Positions 34,681 through 43,010 of a stretch of DNA of 47,280 nt are shown piece after piece. The position numbers were made by a program, and so were the translations under genes. The notes beneath the pieces were generated by a model. That model had not been told where the DNA came from. It was given only the letters and a program-made list of their open reading frames with translations, and searched no databases. Each line of letters opens with the position of its first letter. Position 1 is the stretch's first letter. Origin of the DNA: a virus (Duplodnaviria > Caudoviricetes); IMG/VR virus record IMGVR_UViG_3300037722_001730, positions 1 through 47,280 of that record; one strand, written 5' to 3'.

Positions 34681-36204
34681 ATGGACACAACTCCAAAGCC
34701 ATCATTTCTACGTGCCATTCAGAATCAAAAATGGACCGTGGCGGGAGCGCTCAGTGAGCTCGTCGACAATTCGTTCGGGCCTGGTCGCGGCAACGCATCC
34801 ACAGTATGGATCGACCACGACGCAACCAATCGCGTGCTATCTGTTTGTGATGATGGTCAGGGCATGGACCACGTCGGCCGGCTGTTCTGTCTAGGCGACA
34901 CGATAGGCCGAGCGATCGGAGACATTGGCGAGTACGGCTCCGGAGGAACCATGGCGATCCTTTGGCTCGCTACATCGGTCGACGTATGCACGCTGCGCGG
35001 AGGGCAACTGATGAAGCACGCGCGCAACTGGCCGCAACAATTCAAAGCCGATGGTTACTTCGTTGTGCCGGATGAATGGCGCAAGGCTAAAGCTGGCAAT
35101 ACGCCCGTGCGCCTTCTCGAAGCTACCAACGGCACGTTGATCGTGTGCCGCCTGCTGAAAGAACGTCAATTCTTGATGCAGAACGTAATCAGAGACTTGC
35201 AGAATAACTATGCTCCTGGCCTTCGGAGCGGCAAGAAGATCATTTGGAGAACGATCAAGAAGGGGTGCGTCACTGAGAGCCACCCGCTCGTGGAGCCATA
35301 TCCAGAGTTCAAAAACTCTATCGACTTTGACTTCGTACTCGATACAGGCGCTGAGCACTTGGCTGTTTCTGGCAAGGCCGGAATAGTCGACGAACTTCCG
35401 TACGCGCAATCGAAAATGTCGATCGGTTACGGGCACCGCGTTATCTGTACTACTAGGGAGTGTTACCAAAAAGAAGGTGCCGAACGATTCTCAGGAACTG
35501 GCGTGTGCGGATGGATTGATTTGCATGAAGGCTGGCAATCATATCTATCGACTACCAAAGACGCGATAAACGACGGCCCCGTGTGGCACGCGCTCATGGG
35601 ACATCTGTACGACGAACTCAGCCCACTCCTCGAAAGCGTCAGCAAAGAAACGCTGCGAATCCTATTCGACGACCTCCAACTCTCGTTGCAGACATCAATC
35701 AACGACCTCTCATCGATCTCCAATGACGATTGGCGAGAGCATGCGCCGATTAACGTCATTCCGATCCCTGGCCCTCGACCGCCTGGGCCGAACCCAGAGC
35801 CCAGACCACCGGGGCCGGACGTTGACGATCGGCACAAGCAGCCGGGATTAAATCCGGGGGATGACGCTCCGATAAAGGCGCCAGCGCAATCTCAGCTGAT
35901 CGTCGTCGAGTGCACCGACAAAGAAATGAAGGGAACACTTTGCGGCGTCACTCTCGAGAAGCACGACGTGGTCGCTCAGGTAAACAGAGAACACCCGTGG
36001 GTCGAAGAAGCGCTGAAGGCTAAGCCGGTCAACAGAAAGGCATTGCTTTACTTGATCGTGCGCGAGATCGCGGCGGCCATTGCAGATCAAGTAGAGTTTC
36101 AGAAACGCCTCTTCCCTAAGAAAACGTTCTTATTCCTTCAGGGCGTCGATGTCGACGAGCGCGAGCGTCACATCACGCGGTTTCTTTTGGACAAGGCCGC
36201 ATGA
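34681..36204 (+). CDS. MORC-type GHKL ATPase (HATPase_c_3 + S5 + C-terminal domain)
   Basis: ELVDNS, DDGQGM, GEYGSGG and GTLIV motifs; STTKD; Pro-rich linker; VNREHP. Confidence 0.85.
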   Translation: MDTTPKPSFLRAIQNQKWTVAGALSELVDNSFGPGRGNASTVWIDHDATNRVLSVCDDGQGMDHVGRLFCLGDTIGRAIGDIGEYGSGGTMAILWLATSVDVCTLRGGQLMKHARNWPQQFKADGYFVVPDEWRKAKAGNTPVRLLEATNGTLIVCRLLKERQFLMQNVIRDLQNNYAPGLRSGKKIIWRTIKKGCVTESHPLVEPYPEFKNSIDFDFVLDTGAEHLAVSGKAGIVDELPYAQSKMSIGYGHRVICTTRECYQKEGAERFSGTGVCGWIDLHEGWQSYLSTTKDAINDGPVWHALMGHLYDELSPLLESVSKETLRILFDDLQLSLQTSINDLSSISNDDWREHAPINVIPIPGPRPPGPNPEPRPPGPDVDDRHKQPGLNPGDDAPIKAPAQSQLIVVECTDKEMKGTLCGVTLEKHDVVAQVNREHPWVEEALKAKPVNRKALLYLIVREIAAAIADQVEFQKRLFPKKTFLFLQGVDVDERERHITRFLLDKAA

Positions 36205-36407
36205 CGCCCGCCGACGCCAAGCCCGGCACCGCCGTCCGCGTGCCGGAAGCCGTGCACATCAACGACCACACGCTCTACAACGCGCGCGGCCGAATCGTCA
36301 TGACGTGCCCAGCCGATGACCGCGAGTACTGGATCGAGCTCGACGGCTTCCCGGGCTCGCGGGTGTGTTTCACCGAGCACGAGTTGGACCAACTGGAGTT
36401 GCGATGA
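36201..36407 (+). CDS. Small SH3/KOW-like hypothetical protein
   Basis: KPGTAVRV...GRIV...YWIELDG...FTEHEL; ATGA overlaps. Confidence 0.6.
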   Translation: MTPADAKPGTAVRVPEAVHINDHTLYNARGRIVMTCPADDREYWIELDGFPGSRVCFTEHELDQLELR

Positions 36408-36516
36408 ACGCCGAAATGAAGCGTTTCAACGGTATCGCCCTCGGCCCCTGGAAGCAGTACGCACCCGACATTCGTGACGACGGCGTGGCAATCCAAGGCA
36501 CCCTCGGAGGGTGGCG

Positions 36517-37401
36517 ATGAGCGCTGTTCGCCAGCCCGAGCCCACGGCACGCGTTTTGACGTGTACCGAGGCGGAGTACCACGCCGATCCGTGCTCGACA
36601 CCTTCATTGAATCAGAGCGTTGCGCGCACGCTGATCACGAAGTCGCCGTTGCACGCTTGGACGGAGCATCCGCGGTTAGGGAACGTCCCGCGCGAGACGA
36701 CAGTGCCGAAGATCGAGGGCACGGTCATTCACGCGCTGCTGCTCGGCAAGGGCGGGCATGAGATCGAAGTCTTGAACTTCGACAACTACCGCACGAAGGC
36801 CGCCCAAGTCCAGCGTGACACCGTGATCATGGAGGGCCGCACGCCGGTCTTAGAGCACAAGTATGCCGAGATCACCACCGCCGCCGACGTGATTCGTAAA
36901 AACCTCGCCGAGCAAGGCGTCGTGTTCGAGGGCGGCCAGGCGGAAGTGTCGATCGAGTGGCAAGAGGAAGGCGACGAAGGTCCGGTGCTGTGCCGCGGGC
37001 GGCTCGACTACCTGATTCTCGAGAAGAACTTCGCGCTGATCTACGACCCGAAGAAGATCACGTCGGCCGACGAGCAAACCTGTATGCGCAGCGCCGAGGA
37101 CTACGGTCTCGCGATCCAGCGCGCGGCCTACGTGTCCGCAATCGAAAAGCTGCGGCCCGATCTCGCCGGCCGCGTCAGCTTCAAGTTCGTGTTCATGGAG
37201 ATCGAGCCGCCGTACTTCGCGTTGCCGCGCGAGGGCGACGGCGTGTTCGCGTGGTACGGCGAGGAACGATGGCACCGAGCCGTCACGACCTGGGAGCGAT
37301 GTCTGCGTACCAACAACTGGCCTGGCTATCCGATCGTGCCGCTCAGCGTGTCGCCGTGGGCGCTCAAGAGGGAGGAAGAGTTGTATGAGCAGCGCCGCTG
37401 A
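36517..37401 (+). CDS. RecE/exonuclease VIII-like PD-(D/E)XK nuclease (DUF3799)
   Basis: EYHAD, GTVIHALLL, CRGRLD, YDPKK, QRAAY and FVFMEIEPPY. Confidence 0.88.
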   Translation: MSAVRQPEPTARVLTCTEAEYHADPCSTPSLNQSVARTLITKSPLHAWTEHPRLGNVPRETTVPKIEGTVIHALLLGKGGHEIEVLNFDNYRTKAAQVQRDTVIMEGRTPVLEHKYAEITTAADVIRKNLAEQGVVFEGGQAEVSIEWQEEGDEGPVLCRGRLDYLILEKNFALIYDPKKITSADEQTCMRSAEDYGLAIQRAAYVSAIEKLRPDLAGRVSFKFVFMEIEPPYFALPREGDGVFAWYGEERWHRAVTTWERCLRTNNWPGYPIVPLSVSPWALKREEELYEQRR

Positions 37402-38377
37402 GAAATTCGTTTTCAAACCTGCGGTCCGTTCGCAGGTCAACCTGCTCGTCGGTCTCGCGGGCGCCAGCGGCAGCGGAAAAACCTACTCCGCCATGAGGCT
37501 CGCAGCGGGCATGTCCCGTGGCAAGCGCTTCGTTGTGCTCGATACAGAGCGAGGTAGGGCATTGCATTACAGCGATCAATTTTCTTTTGATCACTGCGAG
37601 CTCCATCCGCCATTCCGGCCGAGTAGATACGCCGACGCGATCATTGCCGCCGACGACGCGGGCTATCCCGTGATCGTGGTCGATTCGATGTCCCATAGCT
37701 GGGCTGGCGAAGGCGGCGTGCTCGACTGGCAAGAGGCCGAGCTCGACCGCATGGCCGGCGACGACTGGAAGAAGCGCGAAGCCTGCAAGATGGCCGCGTG
37801 GATAAAGCCTAAGCTCGATCACAAGAAGATGGCGCAGCGGCTACTGCAAGTGCGTGCGCAGCTGATTCTGGCGTTCCGCGCGGAAGAGAAAGTAGAAATG
37901 GTCCGCGGCGACGACGGGAAGATGAAGATCGTCCCGAAGCAGACGCCGACCAGCCTCCACGGCTGGGTGCCCATCTGCGAGAAATCATTGCCGTACGAGC
38001 TGACGGCAAGCTTTCTGCTCACAGCCGATGCGCCGGGCGTGCCGAAGCCGATCAAGCTGCAAGAGCAACACCGCGCGCTATTCCCGCTCGACCAACCGCT
38101 GACCGAGCAGAGCGGCGAGAAGCTTGCCGCGTGGGCGGCCGGCGACGCCGTTCCGCAATCGCAGACCGGACGACAAGCGACCCGCGCCGAGCCAGCGTCG
38201 ACGTACCCGACTGTCGCTGAGTACTCCGCATGCACCGATGCAGCCTCGCTCGAACAGCTTGAGGCCCGCCGCAAGGATCATTGGCGCGCGACGCCGACGG
38301 CACTCAAACCGCAGCTGAAGGAAGCGAGTGAAGTTGCGGCGGACAGGCTGCGTGAGCTTGAAGGGAGCGATTCATGA
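37385..38377 (+). CDS. Sak4-like AAA ATPase/ssDNA annealing protein
   Basis: GASGSGKTYSA, DTERG, VVDSMSHSWAGEGGVL and YELT. Confidence 0.88.
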   Translation: MSSAAEKFVFKPAVRSQVNLLVGLAGASGSGKTYSAMRLAAGMSRGKRFVVLDTERGRALHYSDQFSFDHCELHPPFRPSRYADAIIAADDAGYPVIVVDSMSHSWAGEGGVLDWQEAELDRMAGDDWKKREACKMAAWIKPKLDHKKMAQRLLQVRAQLILAFRAEEKVEMVRGDDGKMKIVPKQTPTSLHGWVPICEKSLPYELTASFLLTADAPGVPKPIKLQEQHRALFPLDQPLTEQSGEKLAAWAAGDAVPQSQTGRQATRAEPASTYPTVAEYSACTDAASLEQLEARRKDHWRATPTALKPQLKEASEVAADRLRELEGSDS

Positions 38378-38724
38378 ACGAGCAACAACACTTCGAAGCG
38401 TGGGGCATCGTCGATCTCTTCGGACACACCCGTATCGCCGGCCGGATCAGCGAGCAAGTGATCGGCGGCGAGACGTTCATCCGCGTCGACGTGCCTGACA
38501 ACGATCCGGGCAGCGACAAGTATCACACGCGATTGTTCGGCAAGGGCGCGATCTACAGCATGTCGCTGACGGACAAGGCGATCGCGTGCGAGACGGCGCG
38601 ACGGTCTGAATCCCGGCCGGTGAGCGCATACGAAGTCCGGAACCTGATCGCCGATCAGAGACCACAGTCAGCGGTACCCAGAACGGTCGATGACTTCGAC
38701 GACTACGGCGACGACGCGACATGA
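38374..38724 (+). CDS. Conserved phage hypothetical protein
   Basis: WGIVDLFGHTRIAGRISEQ...RVDVP...GAIYS. Confidence 0.8.
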   Translation: MNEQQHFEAWGIVDLFGHTRIAGRISEQVIGGETFIRVDVPDNDPGSDKYHTRLFGKGAIYSMSLTDKAIACETARRSESRPVSAYEVRNLIADQRPQSAVPRTVDDFDDYGDDAT

Positions 38725-38918
38725 AGTGGCAACCCACCTTGCGCTTCCGCCGCCGCGCACACGACTGGCGCAGCGATGAACTGATCGAGCACTTCGAGAA
38801 AGCACAACGCGATCAGGCGGCCCGCAACCTCGAGCGCGAATGGCGCGCCAAACGAAAGGCCAAGTCGCCGGTGCCGCTCGCATCCAACGTGCTGCGGTTT
38901 GGCTGGCCGTCTAGCTAG
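38721..38918 (+). CDS. Hypothetical protein
   Basis: ATGA overlap. Confidence 0.5.
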   Translation: MKWQPTLRFRRRAHDWRSDELIEHFEKAQRDQAARNLEREWRAKRKAKSPVPLASNVLRFGWPSS

Positions 38919-38992
38919 TTTTATCCGGCGCAGCGGACGAAGGCTGTGCTTAACCTGTAAACGCGCCGGAGAACGGCGCAGGAGAAACACGA

Positions 38993-39463
38993 GTGAGTAT
39001 CGCAAAAGGCACGCCGCAGAAGAACGAAACCGCCGCTCGCGCGCCCGTCGTGCGCATGATGATGACGCCAGCGCAAGCGCGGCAGGGTGATGTCTACATT
39101 TATCCTTTGACGCGCCGTCCAGACGCGGCGGATATCGGCGCGACGAAAAAAGAGGGGAAGGCGCTGGTCCTAGCATACGGGGAGGTAACTGGGCACAAAC
39201 ACGCGATCTACCCGCACATCGACCGCGCGGAGAAGGTCCACAAAAATCCGAACCCGGCGACGCTCCATGAACTGCGCAACCTCGGCAAGTACGTGCCACT
39301 GATCGGCGGCTTTCCCGACGAAGGTATGTATCTTGAAGCCCGCGAGCGCTGTCTCGTGCGGCACGAGGAACACGACCCGATCAGTCTCGCGCCGGGCGAC
39401 TACGCGATCATCCACCAGCACGAGCACGACGGCTTCGAAGAGCTGCGGCGCGTCGCGGACTAG
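38993..39463 (+). CDS. His-rich conserved partner of DUF6745
   Basis: RQGDV...LAYGEVTGHKH...HEEH..I.L.PGDY...RRVAD; AGGAG SD. Confidence 0.8.
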   Translation: MSIAKGTPQKNETAARAPVVRMMMTPAQARQGDVYIYPLTRRPDAADIGATKKEGKALVLAYGEVTGHKHAIYPHIDRAEKVHKNPNPATLHELRNLGKYVPLIGGFPDEGMYLEARERCLVRHEEHDPISLAPGDYAIIHQHEHDGFEELRRVAD

Positions 39464-39470
39464 CGCGGGC

Positions 39471-40841
39471 ATGAAAAAGCTCATCACGTCGCTGTCCGCG
39501 GCGCAGGAAGCCCGCTTCCCGGAGTTCGTGGCGAAGTGGACCGCAATCGGTCTGTCGACGCAGCCGGCGGACCGCGAGCGCTCCGAGACGGCAATCGCCA
39601 ACCTCTACCGATTGGCGAAACTGAGAGAACCCCGCGTCATCTGGCTGCCGTGCCCGATGTCGGCAGGTCTTGCGGCGATAACGTACACGGTTATCCGCGG
39701 CGCGCTGCGACTTGGATGGCAATCGCCATCGGCGGTCGGCTCGGCGGTCGGCTCGGCGGTCGGCTCGGCGGTCGACTCGGCGGTCGGCTTGGCGGTCCGC
39801 TCGGCGGTCCGCTCGGCGGTCGACTCGGCGGTCGGCTCGGCGGTCGGCTCGGCGGTCGGCTCGGCGGTCGGCTCGGCGGTCCGCTCGGCGGTCGACTCGG
39901 CGGTCGGCTCGGCGGTCGACTCGGCGGTCGGCTCGGCGGTCCGCTCGGCGGTCCGCTCGGCGGTCGGCTCGGCGGTCCGCTCGGCGGTCCGCTCGGCGGT
40001 CGGCTTGGCGGTCCGCTCGGCGGTCCGCTCGGCGGTCGACTCGGCGGTCGGCTCGGCGGTCGGCTCGGCGGTCGGCTCGGCGGTCGGCTCGGCGGTCCGC
40101 TCGGCGGTCGACTCGGCGGTCCGCTTGGCGGTCCGCTCGGCGGTCGACTCGGCGGTCGGCTCGGCGGTCCGCTCGGCGGTCCGCTCGGTCACAATCGACC
40201 GCCGAGCGCGCGATGCGATAGCGAGCGCAGCCGGCGAGGCGGCTTGGTCGTACTGGGGCGGCTCGCTTTGGGTTGGCTACTCGGCATGGGCCGATTACTT
40301 CAGCGAAGTCCTCGGCGTGTCGATCGACCGCAATTATCTCGATATCGCGGAGTCGTGTGGCTACTACTGGGTGCTCGATGACGTTTGTTTCGTCTCGGAG
40401 CGCCCGCGCGAGATCAACCTTGACGACCGCGGCCGGCTGCACAGCGCCGACGGTATGTCGATCAGCTATCCATCGGGATGGGGGCTGTGGCATTGGCATG
40501 GCGTCCGCGTTCCTCGCGAAGTGATTGAGCGGCCGATCGATCCCGCGAAGATCGGCAAGGAGACGAACCAAGAGATCCGCCGCGTGATGATCGAACGGTT
40601 CGGCTGGGACAACTACATCAAAGCAGTCCGCGCAAAGCCGGTGCAGCACGATCGCTTTGGCGAGCTCTACACGATCGACGGTCAGCCGATCGTGCTTGTG
40701 CGCAATTCCACGCCAGAGCCCGACGGCACGACGAAGATGTATGCCCTTCAGGTGCGCAGCGACGTGCGCACGGCTCACGATGGAGTCGCGTCGACCTTTG
40801 GTCTTGCCGGCAAAGATTACACCCCATCAATCGAGACCTAG
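39471..40841 (+). CDS. DUF6745-domain protein with internal tetrapeptide repeat
   Basis: GLSTQPADR N-terminus; SERP...GRLH..DG...WHGVRVP...NQEIRRVMIER...NSTPEPDG C-terminus. Confidence 0.85.
   Translation: MKKLITSLSAAQEARFPEFVAKWTAIGLSTQPADRERSETAIANLYRLAKLREPRVIWLPCPMSAGLAAITYTVIRGALRLGWQSPSAVGSAVGSAVGSAVDSAVGLAVRSAVRSAVDSAVGSAVGSAVGSAVGSAVRSAVDSAVGSAVDSAVGSAVRSAVRSAVGSAVRSAVRSAVGLAVRSAVRSAVDSAVGSAVGSAVGSAVGSAVRSAVDSAVRLAVRSAVDSAVGSAVRSAVRSVTIDRRARDAIASAAGEAAWSYWGGSLWVGYSAWADYFSEVLGVSIDRNYLDIAESCGYYWVLDDVCFVSERPREINLDDRGRLHSADGMSISYPSGWGLWHWHGVRVPREVIERPIDPAKIGKETNQEIRRVMIERFGWDNYIKAVRAKPVQHDRFGELYTIDGQPIVLVRNSTPEPDGTTKMYALQVRSDVRTAHDGVASTFGLAGKDYTPSIET
39729..40184 (+). repeat. 38 x 12-bp tandem repeat T(C/T)GGCGGTC(GGC/CGC/GAC) encoding (S/L)AV(G/R/D)
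   Basis: Units counted directly; no spacers. Confidence 0.97.
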
Positions 40842-40849
40842 AGGTACGC

Positions 40850-41167
40850 ATGAAAATCATCGGCACCGTGGGCACAGATCGTTATGACGGCCCGGATCTC
40901 CTGATCCAAGCGACGAAGGATGAGGTCGCCAGAATCCTGGGCCAGTACAGCGCCTCGCAGATGAAAGAGCGCGGCATCAAGGAAAGCGATCTCAAAGTCG
41001 GATTCCAAATCAATGTCGACGCGGCGTGGTCGCGGTTGTATTGGCTCGAGCGTCGGCGCTACGAGTTGGAGCAACTCACGAGAGCATGCCGCAGCGTGAT
41101 CGAGGGCATCGAAGGCACCGCCCACGTATTCAACGAAATCGACCCGAAGAAGGACGTTACGACATGA
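40850..41167 (+). CDS. Hypothetical protein
   Basis: GAGGT SD; ATGA overlap. Confidence 0.7.
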   Translation: MKIIGTVGTDRYDGPDLLIQATKDEVARILGQYSASQMKERGIKESDLKVGFQINVDAAWSRLYWLERRRYELEQLTRACRSVIEGIEGTAHVFNEIDPKKDVTT

Positions 41168-42543
41168 AAATCATCAACCTCATCGCGGAGAACTACAAAA
41201 GACTGCAGGTCGTCGAAGTCACGCCCGACGGCGCGCTCGTGGACGTCAATGGCAGAAACGCCCAAGGCAAGTCGTCTCTGCTCGATAGCATTTACGCGGC
41301 TCTCGCGGGCGCGTCGGCGATCCCCTCGAAGCCGATCCGCAAAGGCGAGAAGCAAGCGCGCATCGAATTGAAGCTGGGCGACGGCCAAACGGTCGCGCTC
41401 GTGGTAAAGCGCACCTTTACGCGGCGGGATGACGACACGTTCACGACGTCGATCGTCGTCGAGAATGCCGAAGGCGCGCGCTACGGCTCGCCACAGAAGA
41501 TGCTCGACAGCCTACTCGGCGCGCTGTCGTTCGATCCGCTCGCCTTTACACGTATGAAGCCGCGCGAGCAGCGTGACGAGCTGCGCAAGCTCGTGCCCGG
41601 GATCGACTTCGACGCGGTCGATATGGCCAACAAGGGCGACTACGACCGGCGCACCGACGTCAACCGGCAGGCGAAGTCGCTGCGTGCGCAGCTCGATGCG
41701 CTCAAGGTGCCGGGCGATCCGCGGCAAGAGCGGGTCGATGAAGCCGCGCTCGTCACAGAGCTCGAGCAGGCCGGCGAGCAGAAGGCGGAGATTGAGAAAG
41801 AACGGGCGCGGCGCCAGCGGTTGCTGCATGCCGTCGCAGACCAAGTGACCGAAGCGGAAGACTATCGCACCGACGCCAAAGCGCACCGGGCCAGAATCGA
41901 ACAGCTGCGCAAGGAGATCGCGGAGATTGAAATCACCGCAAAGGATTGCGACGCGACGGCCGCGAAGCTCGACGTCGCCGCCAAGGCAGCTCAACGGGAG
42001 ATCGAAGCGCTGCCGGCCCTGGCCCAACCGGTCGACACGTCGGCGCTGATCACGCGGATCCAAGATGCGCGCCGCAACAACACCGCGATCGATGACCGCG
42101 AGCGCGCGATCGAGCGGCGCGAACAGTTCGCGGCCGACATCAAGAAGCTCGAGGCCCAATCAACCGCCTTCACGGATGCGATCGCGACGCGCGAGCACGA
42201 CAAGGCCAAAGCCGTCGCAGCGGCAAACCTCCCGGTCGATGACCTCACGTTCGGCGAGGACGAAGTGCTGCTCAACGGCTTCCCGTTCGATCAGGCGAGC
42301 GATGCTGAGCGGCTGTGCGCGTCGGTCGCGATCGCGGCTGCCATGAACAGCACGCTGAAAGTGATCCGCGTCCGGGACGGATCGCTGCTCGACGACGACG
42401 GCCTGCGGTTGCTGGCGGAGTTCGCGGAGAAGCACGCGCTCCAAATTTGGGTCGAAAGGGTTTCAAGTGACGCCGCGACCGGCATCGTGATCGAGAACGG
42501 CATGGTCAAGCAACGCGACGGCAAAGAGGCGGCGACGGCGTGA
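41164..42543 (+). CDS. SMC/Rad50-like coiled-coil ABC ATPase
   Basis: ENYKRL, Walker A GRNAQGKSS, long coiled coil, ASDAE signature, IRVRDGSLLD; start reassigned. Confidence 0.85.
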   Translation: MKIINLIAENYKRLQVVEVTPDGALVDVNGRNAQGKSSLLDSIYAALAGASAIPSKPIRKGEKQARIELKLGDGQTVALVVKRTFTRRDDDTFTTSIVVENAEGARYGSPQKMLDSLLGALSFDPLAFTRMKPREQRDELRKLVPGIDFDAVDMANKGDYDRRTDVNRQAKSLRAQLDALKVPGDPRQERVDEAALVTELEQAGEQKAEIEKERARRQRLLHAVADQVTEAEDYRTDAKAHRARIEQLRKEIAEIEITAKDCDATAAKLDVAAKAAQREIEALPALAQPVDTSALITRIQDARRNNTAIDDRERAIERREQFAADIKKLEAQSTAFTDAIATREHDKAKAVAAANLPVDDLTFGEDEVLLNGFPFDQASDAERLCASVAIAAAMNSTLKVIRVRDGSLLDDDGLRLLAEFAEKHALQIWVERVSSDAATGIVIENGMVKQRDGKEAATA

Positions 42544-43010
42544 GCGCGGTCGTGCAAACAGCGCTCGCGCTCGAGGAGTCGCCGTGGTTCGAGCTCCGCG
42601 ACGGCGACGTCCGGCTTCGCGAGTTTTACAACCGCCACTATTCCAGCCGCGGCGGCGACCATCGGCAGATCGTAGGCCCTGGCAACAAGCTCGTCCTGCT
42701 CACGCCTGCGATCGATGCGCTATTCGTGTGGCGGAAATTCATCGACAAGAGCCGGTTCGGCGGCGGCGTCAATTGCGCGGTGTTCCGGAACGAATCGCCA
42801 GCGCTGTCGTCGGCGCTGATCCTCGCCGCTGAGCTGTTCGCGATCGCGAAGTGGGGCATCGAGCGGCTCTACACGTACGTGAATGCCGCAAGGGTGCGCA
42901 GCAGGAATCCGGGCTACTGCTTCTTATGCGCCGGATGGACGCGGTGCGGAGTGACGCCAGGCGGCCACGGACGGCCGCCGCTCGTCGTGCTCGAGAAGGT
43001 GCCCGCGTGA
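42540..43010 (+). CDS. Putative Mom-like GNAT-fold DNA modification protein
   Basis: RHYS...GPG...FRNES...SS.LI..A...LYTYV...NPGYCF..AGW. Confidence 0.55.
   Translation: MSAVVQTALALEESPWFELRDGDVRLREFYNRHYSSRGGDHRQIVGPGNKLVLLTPAIDALFVWRKFIDKSRFGGGVNCAVFRNESPALSSALILAAELFAIAKWGIERLYTYVNAARVRSRNPGYCFLCAGWTRCGVTPGGHGRPPLVVLEKVPA

Noticed and set aside
39729-40184. CRISPR array, or real genes in the alternative frames of the repeat (GGRL, RRSA, RADR, TAEP)
   Set aside because: The 12-bp units are contiguous with no spacers and no cas genes; other frames are open only because the unit has no stop codon
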